Part shown: positions 42,905 to 55,307 of the stretch, in pieces
How positions within the stretch are numbered: position 1 is the stretch's first letter
How the letters are laid out: the number at the start of each line of letters is the position of its first letter
Assembly (NCBI GenBank): GCA_010015805.1
Contig: ML978141.1
Span: forward strand, 62,001-126,000
Reading direction: 5' to 3'
DNA from: Rhizodiscina lignyota
Lineage: Eukaryota
DNA: 64,000 nt
Made by a program: the position numbers and the translations under genes
Notes under the pieces: model-generated
What the model was told of the DNA's origin: nothing
What the model saw: the letters and a program-made list of their open reading frames with translations, nothing else
Databases searched by the model: none

Positions 42905-43722
42905 AGAGAAGTCTTGTGATTCATGATACCATCTGTTGCATATTGGGAAAGAACGGAGGAAATGGCAGCGGGGGTATGAATTGAAAGCGAAGCAGGCTGG
43001 AAACTGTCGAAAAAAACTTCAAAGTGTAAAACACTATTCCATGGTCTTGGAAGGGCAAGGAGTGTGATCGCCGTTTGCGGAAGGCTTCTTCTGTCCGAAA
43101 GAGACTACCAACCCAACCCACCACGAAGATTGCCACACTATGGCGAAAATCCTAATAATGCCGTTTTGTCCACTTTAATTCCCCCTTCACCAAAATGTCG
43201 TTCTTGAAGAAGTCTGGCAGCAGCCTATCCACCACACTACAAGCAGTGCTTGCTGAAATTCTTTGTGTATAATCAATTAGACGTAGCAATGCGATGGGTG
43301 ATGGCCAGTGTACGCTGAGACGGTCCTTTGTTCTGTGCAACGTGCTGAAATAATAATCTCTCCGAACTTCCTCGCACATGTGCCAGAAGTGGAAGTGTCC
43401 GTGTTTCCCACACCCGTCGGAAAATGTTCATCCCACTCGCTCTCCGAACGTTGTCCTTTTCCGGATATAAGCGCACCCATTCAGCATTCCAATTACGATA
43501 CCGCACGATTGGACGATTGGGGCCTCGGCTACGTCACCGATTCGTTGGTGACACCAGGTAGTTATCGCGCGATGGCACTGAGGTGGGTGCGGAGCGGGAG
43601 CGGTTACGGCATGCGAACGTCCATGACACGAAAGACGCGATTGCTAGCAACCGACCTCGAATCATCTATAAATCCCTGCTGACCAAGCTGCTCGAGAGCG
43701 TCTGTGTTTCTGACCTCTTTTC

Positions 43723-44973
43723 ATGATCAGAAGGCTTGCACGCGAGCAATTGGTTTCATCGGGCAGACAATTGAGATTTGCGAGATATCCAGGACAAGTA
43801 AGGAGATACGGCTCGAAGATGGCCAACATTCACACTCCGATACCGCTGCTGAAGCTCAATGATGGGACTTCGATACCGATGGTACGCAATCCGTTGCAAT
43901 TGACGTGGAGAAGATGTGGTTTGATGGATGGCTGATGTGTTTGAGATGTAGCTCGCATATGGCACCGGCACGGCCTGGTACAAACCTCCATCTGTAGAGG
44001 AATCAAAGATTGATCGCCCGACTGTCGAAGGAGTCAAGACGGCGATAAAGCTGGGGTATTATCATCTTGACGGCGCTGAAGGTCAGTTGTGGTGTTGCTA
44101 CATTCCTGTCCCTGAGATACCTCGGAGACCGTTACCCACACGCACATGTAGCTACGTTGTATAGCTAACCACGCCAACCAGTTTACAAAACCGAACCTGA
44201 GCTCGGCCTCGGAATCAAAGAAAGCGGCGTCCCGCGCGACCAGCTCTACGTCGTGACCAAGGTGAACCAGAACATCGCCGACATCCACTCCGCGATTCGC
44301 GCGTCCCTCAAGAAGCTGCAGCTCGACTACGTCGACCTGTACCTCATCCACCAGCCCTTCTTCGCCGAGGGCTCCGAGGCCAAACTCCAGGAGGCATGGG
44401 CGGCGATGGAGCAAGTCAAGGCAGACGGGCTGGCAAAGTCCATCGGCGTGAGCAATTATTACCAGTCTGATCTCGAGGCAACCTTGGCGACGGCGAAGGT
44501 CGTCCCGGCGATCAACCAGATTGAGTTCCATCCGTATCTGCAACATGGCGGGCTGTTGGAGTTCCATCGGAAGCATGGGATTGCGACGAGCGCGTATGGA
44601 CCGCTGACGCCGGCGACGAGGTCCAAGGGCGGCCCGGTGGATGAGTATCTGGGGAGTTTGGCGAAGAAGTATGCTGTTACGGAGGGTGAGATTCTGCTGA
44701 GGTGGTGTGTGGATCAGGATGTTGTTACGATCACGACGAGTGGAAAGGTAAGTCCTATTGAGAAGCAAGCAAAACAACCGCAGCGATTTCCACTGATGAG
44801 AGATTTTGGAACATTTACTGATTGTGATGCAGGAGCAACGCCTTTCAGACTACCTAAGGAGCATGACGTTCAAGCTCACGCCTACTGAGGTCAAGGAGAT
44901 CAAAGATCTGGGCGAGCAGAAGCACTTCAGAGCATTCTGGCAGAACAAGTTTGCAGCAGATGACAAGTCATAG
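43723..44973 (+). CDS. Aldo-keto reductase, 4 exons (second in-frame ATG at 43819)
   Basis: LNDGTSIPM, YGTGTAW, HLDGAEVY, YVDLYLIHQP, KSIGVSN, NQIEFHPYLQ. Confidence 0.93.
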
Positions 44974-45085
44974 AACTGGAATCGTAAACAGCCCGCTGTG
45001 TGCTGTAGATGAAGCAGACTACGGGTACGTGTACATTAAGGACGCGGCAACGTCTGCTTTCCGAGATACTCAGGGGTTTAGACTC

Positions 45086-46432
45086 TCATAGCACTTCTGC
45101 TATTGACGCAACGTCATCGACAGACTCCAATGCCCAACATCTCTCGCTCGCTTTCTTTGCGCCCTCTGCACCGATAACCAGTTCTGCCTGGTCTAGGAAC
45201 TTTGTCTGGAGCAAGTCCTCAGTGAGAGGAACCTCCAAGCTGCCAATGGCGTGAGTAATGTGCTTTTGGAACGTCTTCCCGTCCTTCATCTTAACCTCGA
45301 TGATCGTCTCATCCGCTCGAATGCTCTCGTCTGCGGTGGCCGTCATCTTATCCCGCACGCTCGTGACCTTTGGATCCACCACCACAGAATCATCGTACTG
45401 AGACGGCGTGCCTTTGCCAAACACCAGACCAATCGCACCTCCGTGGTAAACGCTGAACTTCGCTTCCAACCCGTCCTTTGGCGTCCTCTTCCCCGTAAGC
45501 TCGAGCACGAGATGATGGACTTTTGCGTGAATGCTTTCTATATCCTCTACATTAGCGCCGGCTGCTTGCATGTCTTTCCTCACCTGCACGCATCCGTCAA
45601 TGACGGGGTGAATCACAATGCCGCAGGGGAATGGCTTGAACGAGTTCTTCGCAGTCTCCCACTCCTTGCCCAGGCTCGCCATGTACTTGTCGAGCTGGTG
45701 CGGCTTGGCGTCGACGACATTCGCCCATCCTCTCTTTGCCTCGAGCGCTGTTAAGCTGCTCGTGTACTCTTTCGATGCTAATACGGCTGCCAGAAGACCG
45801 TTCTGCGCAGCGCGGCCCGGGTGGAAGCTCTTGGTGTCGCTGCCGAACATCTCTCGCAGTCCCGTGACTTGGGTGGCTGCAATGCCAATGGCGTGCTGCA
45901 TCTGCTCTACAGAGAGATTGAGCAATTTACCTACGGCTACGGCGGCGCCAATGCTGCCAGTGGTCGAGGTGATGTGCCAGCCGATGTCGTAGTGCGCCGG
46001 CCAGACTGCAAGCCCGCACTTGCACTCCGCCTCGATGCCTGCAACTAACGCGAGGATGAAGTCCTTCCCATTCACGGGGCGCTTCACTTCTGCGTACGCA
46101 AACAGCGCGGAAGCCACCGGTCCAGCGGGGTGGATGATGGTTTCCAAATGGGTGTCGTCGTAGTCGTGGATGTGGCACGCAATGCCGTTGATCAGAGCTG
46201 CATGTTGTGCATCTGCCTTTTGTTTGCCCTGAGATCCTAGGATACTGGATGTGCTAGTGCCAAAGAAGGGGGCGAGTGCTGTGCTGGCTTTGGTGGCCGT
46301 GGGGTGGTTGCTCCCGCCGATGGCGCAGCCTGCGTAGTTGTAGAATGACGCGACGGCGGCGCGAACGACTTCCGGTGGGAGAGAGGAGTATGAGAGATTG
46401 ACGGCCCAGGAGGCGAGTGCTTTAGTCGCCAT
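45086..46432 (-). CDS. MmgE/PrpD family protein (2-methylcitrate dehydratase/aconitate decarboxylase-like), intronless
   Basis: AALING..HIHDYDDTH, IIHP, GWHITSTTG, KSFHPG, FKPFPCG, EAKFS. Confidence 0.92.
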   Translation of the reverse strand: MATKALASWAVNLSYSSLPPEVVRAAVASFYNYAGCAIGGSNHPTATKASTALAPFFGTSTSSILGSQGKQKADAQHAALINGIACHIHDYDDTHLETIIHPAGPVASALFAYAEVKRPVNGKDFILALVAGIEAECKCGLAVWPAHYDIGWHITSTTGSIGAAVAVGKLLNLSVEQMQHAIGIAATQVTGLREMFGSDTKSFHPGRAAQNGLLAAVLASKEYTSSLTALEAKRGWANVVDAKPHQLDKYMASLGKEWETAKNSFKPFPCGIVIHPVIDGCVQVRKDMQAAGANVEDIESIHAKVHHLVLELTGKRTPKDGLEAKFSVYHGGAIGLVFGKGTPSQYDDSVVVDPKVTSVRDKMTATADESIRADETIIEVKMKDGKTFQKHITHAIGSLEVPLTEDLLQTKFLDQAELVIGAEGAKKASERCWALESVDDVASIAEVL

Positions 46433-47336
46433 GTTGAAATTGTCAATGGAAATCAGGTGATGCTTTCAATTGGTTGGAGTTGTACGAGAATATGGCAGTC
46501 ACCAGAACGGAATTCAGCGGGGGAAAGCCAAGCACGAAACAACAGTGGAGAGAGAATTGAAACTTTTACAGACACACGAAAATGGGATTTCTCGAGGATT
46601 TCGCGGAGTAAGCGCTTGTGGTGATATTGACCTCCTCAAAAACGGCCTTCAAGCCGGACTAGACGTATCCGCGTGCAAAGTCGAGCGCCGACTACGGCTA
46701 CGGGGAGGTTACATCCGCCTAAGGAGACAAGCTTTGAGGCTCTTCTCGCCGATGTCGGCATGAGTGTAACAAGTATCACATGTTCGCTGGATTTGATGTC
46801 TATAGATGCAATTAGTTACTGGGGACGGTGGTGCATAGTGGACCGTGGAAAAGCAGGACGAATGCTGCTCGTTCGCGAAAACTTAAGGAGTGCGCTCGGA
46901 ACCATGCAAGCGAACAACACCAAAGCATTTCGCGGCTTGTTTTTGGTGTCACAGTCTCTACAGGACACAGTTACCGGCTTAAAACGCCCTCTGAAAAATC
47001 TGATTTCTTGCGGGCTTGCGCTTGTCTCATGGTATTACTTGTCATAAACGTGAAATTTCGACAAGATCCATCCGTATGGGCATGGGCAAGCGGACATTGA
47101 AAACGGAGCCTCGTAGAGAGATGTAAGTTTCAATTTTCGGGGTGTATGAATGTATATTCGAGAGAGTTTATATGAGGGAGGAGATTGCAATGTTAGTCGA
47201 CTATCTCCTTTGTAACTGCCTGCAATTCAGAAGCTAGGGTCCCATGACTCGTCTCGACTTTATGCTAATATGTCCTGTTCTCTGTGATTTCAGGAGTAAT
47301 GCGCTTCATCATACTATTATCTACCAGGAGACGCGG

Positions 47337-48294
47337 CTAAAAATTCATTTGAAGAAAATCCCGCACAGCTGCTCGAACGCGAACTGCCTTCGGTAGAGTC
47401 TCATCCCAATTGAAACCGTGCCACATACCTTCCGAAACCAACAGCTCAGCCTTGACTCCCGCCTCTCTCAGCTTCCAATACATCCGCACACCATGACTCA
47501 AACAGACATTTCTCGTGCCCACGGAAATGACACTTGGGGGAAAGTCAGACTCATGCTCAGCGTAGATCGGCGAATACAGCGCATCAGTAGCATCGATTCC
47601 AACTGGTTTATAATTCTGCGTCACCATTGCCGAAACCAGCGCTGCGGGCATGATGTCTCGTCCATCATTACACACTGTCGTGTCCCCTGCACCGCTTAAG
47701 TCCACAGCAGGCGTGCACAGAAAACAGCCGCGCTGGCATCGGTAGATTCTCTTGCCGCGCTGCGAGGAGCATGGACAGTAGGATCTGCGCTCCGGATGAG
47801 CTGGCCATGCCGAAGATGCCGCTTGGATCAAACGTCCGAAGAAGTTCTCGATATACGGCTAGTCCTTCGTCTCGCGCAACGGGATATCGGACTTCTGGTG
47901 ATTTCGAATACGCTACAGAGTAGACTCTGATGCCCATCTCCGCCGCCATGAGCAGTGCAGCACGCTCCCTTGCACTACCCATGACGAAACCGCCACCAAA
48001 GAAATTGAGGAGAATCTTTCTCTCATTCCCGAGTTTGATGGCTGGAGGTTCGATGATAATGACGGGCATGTTGGCGATGGTGGCCTCCGTGATCTTGAGA
48101 TTGTGCTTTTGGATCAAGGCTTCCTCGACTGGAGATGTTTTTGCTGCCATGTTCTCGCGAAGCCCTTTGATGCGGCCGGAAGAGGCGAGGAATGGGGAGA
48201 GGAAATTGGAGAATGGGAAGTTGGGGACATTGTTGAGGAATTTAATAGCTTCCGGGCTAAGGGTGGCCTTTTGGCCTGCTGTTAAGGATACCAT
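47337..48294 (-). pseudogene. Alpha/beta hydrolase (HSL-like esterase), frameshifted
   Basis: FGGGFVMGS, YP, TPAVDL, GMWHGF. ORFs 47668..48294 and 47337..47831 are joined by removing one base from the A4 run at 47721-47724. Confidence 0.8.
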
Positions 48295-48960
48295 TTCGTT
48301 ATGAGAAAGGTAGATTGAAGTTTGCCGTGTTTTAGAAAGATATTAGATGTAATGAAGGTCCTGGGGCCATTATGTACACGAACGCCTCTTTTTTATGCCC
48401 GTGAGAGCCATAATTGCGGCCTTGAAGGGATTGCGGATATTGCCTCAACGTAGCTCTCGGATCCGTGGACTATCTCTGTATTCATATGAATTTATGAATT
48501 TGCCCGACTCGCAACGACATTGTCAGATGTTCCGGTACACTCTCAGGTTCGACGTTGTCGAAGATCAAGCAAGCTCGCTCAATCCGGTAAAGACTAACTT
48601 GGAACATGCAACGCACTAAAATAGTTCGGTACATAACACCAGACTCGGCTAGCGCTCTGACCCCTGGCCAGTTAGAAGGAGGCTGTGGTTGAATGCTCGC
48701 AGCTCGTTAGCAATGTTGAAGGAAGAAACGAGAGACCGCCTTACTGAATTCGTGGACTCGTTGACGAAATTCGTCCGAATACCCAGGCGCACGCCGTGAA
48801 TTAAAATTCCGTTATTGCCGACAGCAGATACCGCGAATGATTCGTAAGGGAGAGAGCCGCTCATTTCTGTTTTCTTTATATTTTCTCTGTGAGGCCGTTC
48901 TTTGAGAAACAGAATCAATGCCTAGATCTTCTTTAGACTATCAAGCACAATTCTTGAATC

Positions 48961-50218
48961 ATGTCGAAACAGCACGGATACGTCAGTGACTTGATCACTG
49001 CACCACCGCCGACCCAGATGCAGTACACAAGACTTGGTAATTCTGGACTGAAAGTGTCTAAGGTGATACTTGGAGCGATGTCATACGGGAGCAAAGACTG
49101 GCAGAAATGGGTGTTAGAAGAAGAGGAGGCTCTTCGACTTCTCAAACATGCATACGATGTTGGAATTAATACGTGGACACTGTGAGTGATTGGAAATCTC
49201 TGGGATTTGTGTGCAGGCGTCGCTGAGTATTCAAACAGTCAGATCTCTACTCGAACGGGCGCTCCGAGGAGATTACCGCAAAGGCACTCGAAGTATACAC
49301 GATACCAAGAGAGAGCGTCGTAATTATGACAAAATGTCGATTTGGCATAAGTGCGCCGGGGGAACCTCAACTCTCGGTGTACGCCGCAACCGTCAATGAT
49401 GGAAGATTCGTAAATAGGGTCGGTTTATCCAGGAAACATATCTTCGATGCCGTCCAGGCAAGCGTGAAACGGCTGGGAACGTATATAGACGTTCTTCAGA
49501 TCCAGCGCATGGATCCAGATGTCCCAAGAGAGGAGATAATGAAGGCTTTGAACGATGTCGTGGAGATGGGTTGGGCGAGGTATATCGGAGCTAGTTCGGT
49601 ACGTCCCCTAATTGGAGGGATTGTATTGGTGAACTGACATGTAAAGATGCCCGCATGGGAGTTTCAAATGCTGCAGACTGTAGCAGAGCAGAGAGGCTGG
49701 CACAAGTTCATCAGCATGCAGAACTACTATAATCTTCTTTATCGCGAAGAAGAGAGAGAAATGTTGCCATACTGCCGAGCGACTGGAGTGGGATGCATAC
49801 CTGTAAGTTTAAATAGCATGACCTCCAACTTTCTAGCGCTTCACTAATCCAAGTTTCTCTGCCTTAGTGGTCCCCAAACGCTCGCGGCGTTTTGACACGC
49901 CCCTGGGGCTCATCTGACGACAAGTCTTCGCTTAGAGCCGAAAACGACGCCACTCTCAGTCGTCTCATCAACCGAGATGAGACCGCAAATCGAGAAATTG
50001 TCCGCGCGGTTGAAGCGATAGCAAAAGCTCGAGGCCTTCCGATGGCGGTGATAGCGACGGCATGGTGTCTGAGTAAAGCAGGTGTCAATCCAATTGTTAG
50101 ATTGAACAGCAAGCAGCGTATCGATGAGATTGTGAGGGCGACAGACGTGTCTTTAACAGAGGAGGAGGTTGCGGAGCTGGAGGCCCCATATTTGCCGAGA
50201 GTGGTCTCTGGCTACTAG
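48961..50218 (+). pseudogene. Aldo-keto reductase (aryl-alcohol dehydrogenase/Kv-beta-like), frameshifted at the end of exon 1
   Basis: RLGNSGLKVS, GLSRKHIF, YIGASS, SMQNYYNLLYREEEREM. The expected TWDT is TGGACACT (one G missing at about 49176), which puts exon 2 out of frame. Confidence 0.78.
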
Positions 50219-50323
50219 GCCCAAATGCGTCCTTCGAGGAGGAGCGGAAGAGTGGTATGCGGTAACATTGAAAGATTCAAGCAGCGGGCCTTGATGATTT
50301 GGCGCCAAACTATTTGGTTGCGG

Positions 50324-51910
50324 TTAGCGCTGCTCGACAAAGGCTGGCCGCATCCGAGATCCTTCTTCGATGTCCGCGAACTTGCGCGTCCACTCTTGAA
50401 CCCAAGCACGATAAATTGTTGGCAGAACAGATAAAGCGATAGGCAGCGCGCTTTTCATGGTTTGTACGCCGCAGTATCCAGCTCTTGAGCAAAACTCTGC
50501 GGCCATACATATTTTTCGAGCCAAAACCAAATTTTCTTGTGTATGCTCGGTATTCCGTTTCAATGAGTCAATCAACAGATTGACATGAATCAAGTAACCG
50601 GAGTACGTAGGCAATAAAGTCCCAGAAATAATGTCTGAGTACGTATGGATCGTCGGGAATAGGCCATCAGCGTTACTCGAGGGTTGCTCGCAGATCACAG
50701 AGTTACAGTCCTCCGCACTTTCGGTGAATTTGTCGTACCACTCTGTGAGATCGGTACGCAGACCTTGCGCTTTGCGAAGTAGAGCTATGCGCTGACCCTC
50801 GGAAGGATTAGGATGCATTAGTCTGGCTTGCTTCAAAAGTCCGGGCACGATTGCGAAATAATTCATCATTGAACACGTCATAGTTAGCATAGAATGTGGT
50901 TAATAGCCGTTAATCGCAGTGCACCGTGACTCAGCAGATCAGAATCGACGTACCTTCGTGGTAAAGAGTGAACGACTTGGGTAGAAGTGGGGAGATCTGT
51001 TCTTCAACTGCAATGGATCGCCAATCCTCACTGCCCAAGAAACAAGACTCATTGTTGGTGAAAGCCTCATTGATCTTAAATTTAGGCGACTATCAGCAAA
51101 CGCTTTCGATAACAACTTGGAAACAGACTCACAACCAAACCCCGAAAGGCGAAAAACATCGCGTACTCTATTCCAGACACATGGCGGCGAGCACCACGTA
51201 AACGCATTATTTGCCCAGCACCAGAAACATGCTTTGACCAAGATGTGTCTCGGACTGCTACGAATTTCTGAGTACTTTGTCAGCTTTGATGAAGCAAGTT
51301 TCATCGGACCCACTGACCTCGTAATGGACTAGGAGCATTGTCGCACTAAGCGTCTCTGGGGAAAGCATAGTATTAGGATCTTCGAGCGCCTTTGACAGCT
51401 TGTTGAGAGCTAATCCGTAAGTTTGGTAACTGCGTTGTAAAACCGTCTCCTGACTAGACGACTTGGCGAAATATGCCAAAGCTAGCGAATGCGATGCGAG
51501 ATCCATTGCGTCGTTCCGATCTAGATAATGCGGAACAAACCATAACCAGCTCCCCAAGAAAGATCTTTGTACGTGCGACCCAGAGATTGGGAACAAATCA
51601 TACACGAAAGATGAAACAAGTTGCTGCCGCTCTGACTTTTGCAACGAGATGTGCTGACGATCTTGGCTTGGGGGGAATTCTCCGCTGGCATTCCTTCTGC
51701 AGCGCGATCGAGATGCTTCGTTGACAAATTTGAGTCCGCGTCCATATCCGGGACACTGGCGACCGCCTCTTCTGCATTGGGAGCAAGTGGGACACACTTC
51801 GTCACACTGAAAACGATGAGCGAATATGATGACTTGGGATTGCATATGCCTACTTTGACTCTTCGTTGCAGGCACAAAGCACAGCCCTTGCTGCTTGGTA
51901 CACCAACCAT
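50324..51910 (-). pseudogene. Zn2Cys6 transcription factor, last splice acceptor apparently lost
   Basis: MVGVPSSKGCALCLQRRVK|CDEVCPTCSQCRRGGRQCPGY. Exons 2-4 splice in frame. The last intron has GTACGT and GCTAAC but ends CAA instead of CAG (50869). Confidence 0.7.
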
Positions 51911-52537
51911 ATGGATATTGATTTGAATGAGAGGCTTTACGGGTGCCGTGAATTAGAATTTGGTTTCTATGCGGAGAAATTCTGCTGGCCAAGCCTGTCC
52001 TGATAGTTTTTGTTCATTGGATTTTTCAGAGTTTAGAGTGCCAAACAGTGGAGCTTATAGAATAGAATCCCTCATGAGTATACTCTCCAGAAAAGGCGAT
52101 ATGAACATTGATTATGGCGCGGTGGAAGTATGTAATCAAGAAACTGGGGGTTTCCTGATATGCACCCTAGGGTAACAGTCGCCGCTCTAAAGGTCCAGAA
52201 ACAGAAAAGCCAAAGTCTCTCAATTTCTGGTCATGAGTGAAATGATAAAGACGTCTCCATATGGAGATAGGCTCGGAAAGGCTGGATGTAAGCCTTTGGA
52301 GGTGAGCCAGGCCAGCTGGAAGGGAGAAACAAGTCACGTGCGGATACGGCTGCGGCAAGTTCCGAGATTTAGCTCCAGATCGGGAACCTCGAGGTTAGGT
52401 ATTTTGCGCAATCGCTGTGCTTCTTCCTCACTCACCAACAACAAAACACGGCGAACACCTCAACTCCACGCGTCGTACTTCTCCCCACCTCTCCCTTTCT
52501 CTGGCTTGATGATTGCTCAAGCCTTTGAGTAGTCAAC

Positions 52538-54400
52538 ATGCCGGACACGACAGCGAATCTGAAGAAGTTGAGCAAGAATGCATTTCGCCGCCATCAGAAA
52601 AAGGCTCGGAAGGAGGAGGCCCAGGTGAGTGTCCTCGAGCGGCTTGAGCGGCTTGCACGCAAATTATTTCTGCGGAAAACTGATACCTGGCAGAACCAAA
52701 AACTAAGCGCGCCTCAATCTGTGGAGCCGGAGACAGATGTTGAGCAAGAAACAGATGTTGAGGCTGAGTCGACGAACACCAGCACTGCACTAGTCCAAGC
52801 CGCGGTAGAGTCTAACGGCGTTCACGCTGAAGAGGATTCACTAACTTCTGCTACGGGCTCCGATGTTGCCCCCGAGTCGATCGACGAGTCTGACCCTCTC
52901 TACGAACAATTCAAGGATATCTTGAAAAAATTCAGTGCTTCTGAGCCAGAGCAAAGCTTGGTTGTGGTCGACAAACCTCAAGTCTTCTACGATGATGATA
53001 GCGATGCGTATGATGAAGAGAAGGAGGTCGAGCAGAAGAAGAAGATTGGCAAGAAGAGGCGCAAGATGGAGAACCTCCTCTCCATTGCTGAGCTCAAGGC
53101 GTCGGCTAAGAAGCCAGAACTTGTCGACTGGCATGATCGATACGCACCGGATCCGCTGTTAAATGTCGCAATCAAGTCTCATCGCAATGTCATCCCCGTC
53201 CCGCTTCACTGGTCGCTCAAGCGCGAGTACCTCTCTTCGAAGCGTGGCATCGAGAAGCCACCATGGTCTCTCCCCAAGTTTCTCCAGGACACCGGTATCT
53301 CTGAGATGCGTGACGCGGTGCTCGATAAGCAGGCTGATGCTACGCTCAAGCAGAAGCAGCGTGAGCGAGTCGCTCCGAAAATGGGCAAGCTCGACATCGA
53401 TTATTCTGTCCTACGCGACGCCTTCTTCCGCTTCCAGGTCAAACCAGAGCTTACGCGCTTTGGTGAGGTTTACTATGAGGGCAAGGAGTACGAGACTAAC
53501 CTTAAGCACCTTCGCCCTGGTGAGATTAGCGATGAGCTGAAGGAGGCGCTCAACATGCCTCCTGGCGCAGCACCACCGTGGTTGCTCGCCATGCAGCGTT
53601 TCGGCGCGCCACCAAGCTATCCTGCCCTCAAGATCCCTGGTCTGAATGCCCCGCCTCCGCCAGGTGCAGTATGGGGTTACCACACAGGTGGCTGGGGCAA
53701 GCCGCCTACCGATGAGAAAGGCAACGCATTGTTCGACGTCCTCGGAATCTATGGCACTCAACCGCCGCCGCCTCCGATCAGTGAGCAAGTTGAGAAGACC
53801 ATCTGGGGCGAGCTCCAAGAGCCGGAGGAGGAGAGCGAGGAAGAAGAGGAAGACGACGACGAGGAGGGTTCTGAGGAAGAAGACATTGGCGCGGGCCTGC
53901 AGACTCCAGGCGGTCTCGAGACTCCCAGCGGCATGACCTCAGCGGTGCCAACTGAGCTCGGCGGTGCAGAGAGTGTGGGCGGCGAGTTCACTCTCAGGAA
54001 GCAAAAGCGTGGGACCGAGACTGAAGAGTCAAAATATAAGTCTCGTTCCGCAGGCCAGGTCCTCCAAGAGAAGAAGATCAGCACGCAGGGATTCTTCGGT
54101 GGCGAGCGCGCATACGACATAAGCTCTGCACAGCAGAACAGGGACATGCCGGTGCTGGGTGAAGATGACAATCGCCGCAAGAGGAAGGCTGGAGACGTGG
54201 ATGTCAGCGTCGATGTCGATGCTCTGGAGCGTGATGACAAGCTGAGCAAGGAGCAGCTCAAGAAGGAGTTCGAGGCTAATCGGGAAGATCAGAAGAATCC
54301 ATGGGGCACAACCATCGATCAAGAGGATTTGAGCCAGATGATCGCGGATGAGAGCCGCAAGAGGCAGAAGAGAGATGATGAGAGGAGGCGTCGTCGTTGA
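52538..54400 (+). CDS. SF3B2: Splicing factor 3B subunit 2 (SAP145/Cus1)
   Basis: LSIAELK, PVPLHWSLKREYLSSKRGIEK, KQKQRERVAPKMGKLDIDY, GEVYYEGKE, PSP domain PPSYPALKIPGLNAP..WGYHTGGWGKPP. Confidence 0.96.
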   Translation: MPDTTANLKKLSKNAFRRHQKKARKEEAQVSVLERLERLARKLFLRKTDTWQNQKLSAPQSVEPETDVEQETDVEAESTNTSTALVQAAVESNGVHAEEDSLTSATGSDVAPESIDESDPLYEQFKDILKKFSASEPEQSLVVVDKPQVFYDDDSDAYDEEKEVEQKKKIGKKRRKMENLLSIAELKASAKKPELVDWHDRYAPDPLLNVAIKSHRNVIPVPLHWSLKREYLSSKRGIEKPPWSLPKFLQDTGISEMRDAVLDKQADATLKQKQRERVAPKMGKLDIDYSVLRDAFFRFQVKPELTRFGEVYYEGKEYETNLKHLRPGEISDELKEALNMPPGAAPPWLLAMQRFGAPPSYPALKIPGLNAPPPPGAVWGYHTGGWGKPPTDEKGNALFDVLGIYGTQPPPPPISEQVEKTIWGELQEPEEESEEEEEDDDEEGSEEEDIGAGLQTPGGLETPSGMTSAVPTELGGAESVGGEFTLRKQKRGTETEESKYKSRSAGQVLQEKKISTQGFFGGERAYDISSAQQNRDMPVLGEDDNRRKRKAGDVDVSVDVDALERDDKLSKEQLKKEFEANREDQKNPWGTTIDQEDLSQMIADESRKRQKRDDERRRRR

Positions 54401-55307
54401 GGATGCTCTGGGAATTGACGGGCGTGGCGAAAAAGTTTTGGTGCTCACAACGTCAAGATTCAGGCTATGATTCATGATGCTTCAGTCTGCAACGGGATGG
54501 TCAAGATGCCGTTTGTTTGGCACTTTCTGGGTTCATACGACAGCGGATCATGGTTGTTTTTGTCAAGAAGTTTTTCAGTCTGAGGTTCAAGGCTGAAGTG
54601 AGGATGATGCTTCAATGGGGAGAGGAGTGTGGATGGTCAAGAAAGTCTTCTGTTTCTCAACTTCAAGATCCACACGGAAGCGATGGCGATCGTGTAAAGT
54701 ATGGCGCCTCGGTCAAGATGGTTTCCTCTAATGGTTTCAAGATTCAAGGAATGACTCGAATGGGCTTTGGGGAGTGTATGATACCAGTCGGGAGTTTATG
54801 GTCTCAGCGGGAGCGGTTGCTATAGCGAATGGCGCGTGGCGAGCGAAGAACTTCCGATTGTCAAATCCCAAGGACGAGTCAAAATAACAATCAAGGGTAT
54901 ACTTATGTGCAAGGTGTCTGTAAGATTCGTTGTGTACTCGAGGTGCATGATTTTGAAGAGTGGCGACGATCCCAAGGCAAGCACGACGCGGGCGCATAGG
55001 GACGTTCTTAATCGAACGGTAGGTCTCTCGACATACGAGTTTACACACACACTACAGGAGCATTCGTATCGAACCATCCCCGAGAGCTGCAAGATGTGGA
55101 GGTTCTGGAGGAGGGGAGCTCGAGGTCGCAGTGGAGAGCACGTGACGGGTTGCCAAGGCGAGCGTGTTCTCCAACGCGCTTCTTCAGGAGCTCGAAAAAG
55201 TTCAACAGCACACAACTCCCACTCCTCCACCTCTACATCCACCTTTCCTCCCTCGACTGCTCATCCTATTAAGCTTTATTTTCATACTGCTTATATCAGA
55301 GTTCACG

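Noticed and set aside
45086..46432. Calling the MmgE/PrpD gene cis-aconitate decarboxylase (itaconate cluster)
   Set aside because: No mitochondrial carrier or MFS transporter lies nearby, and the family motifs alone do not define the substrate.
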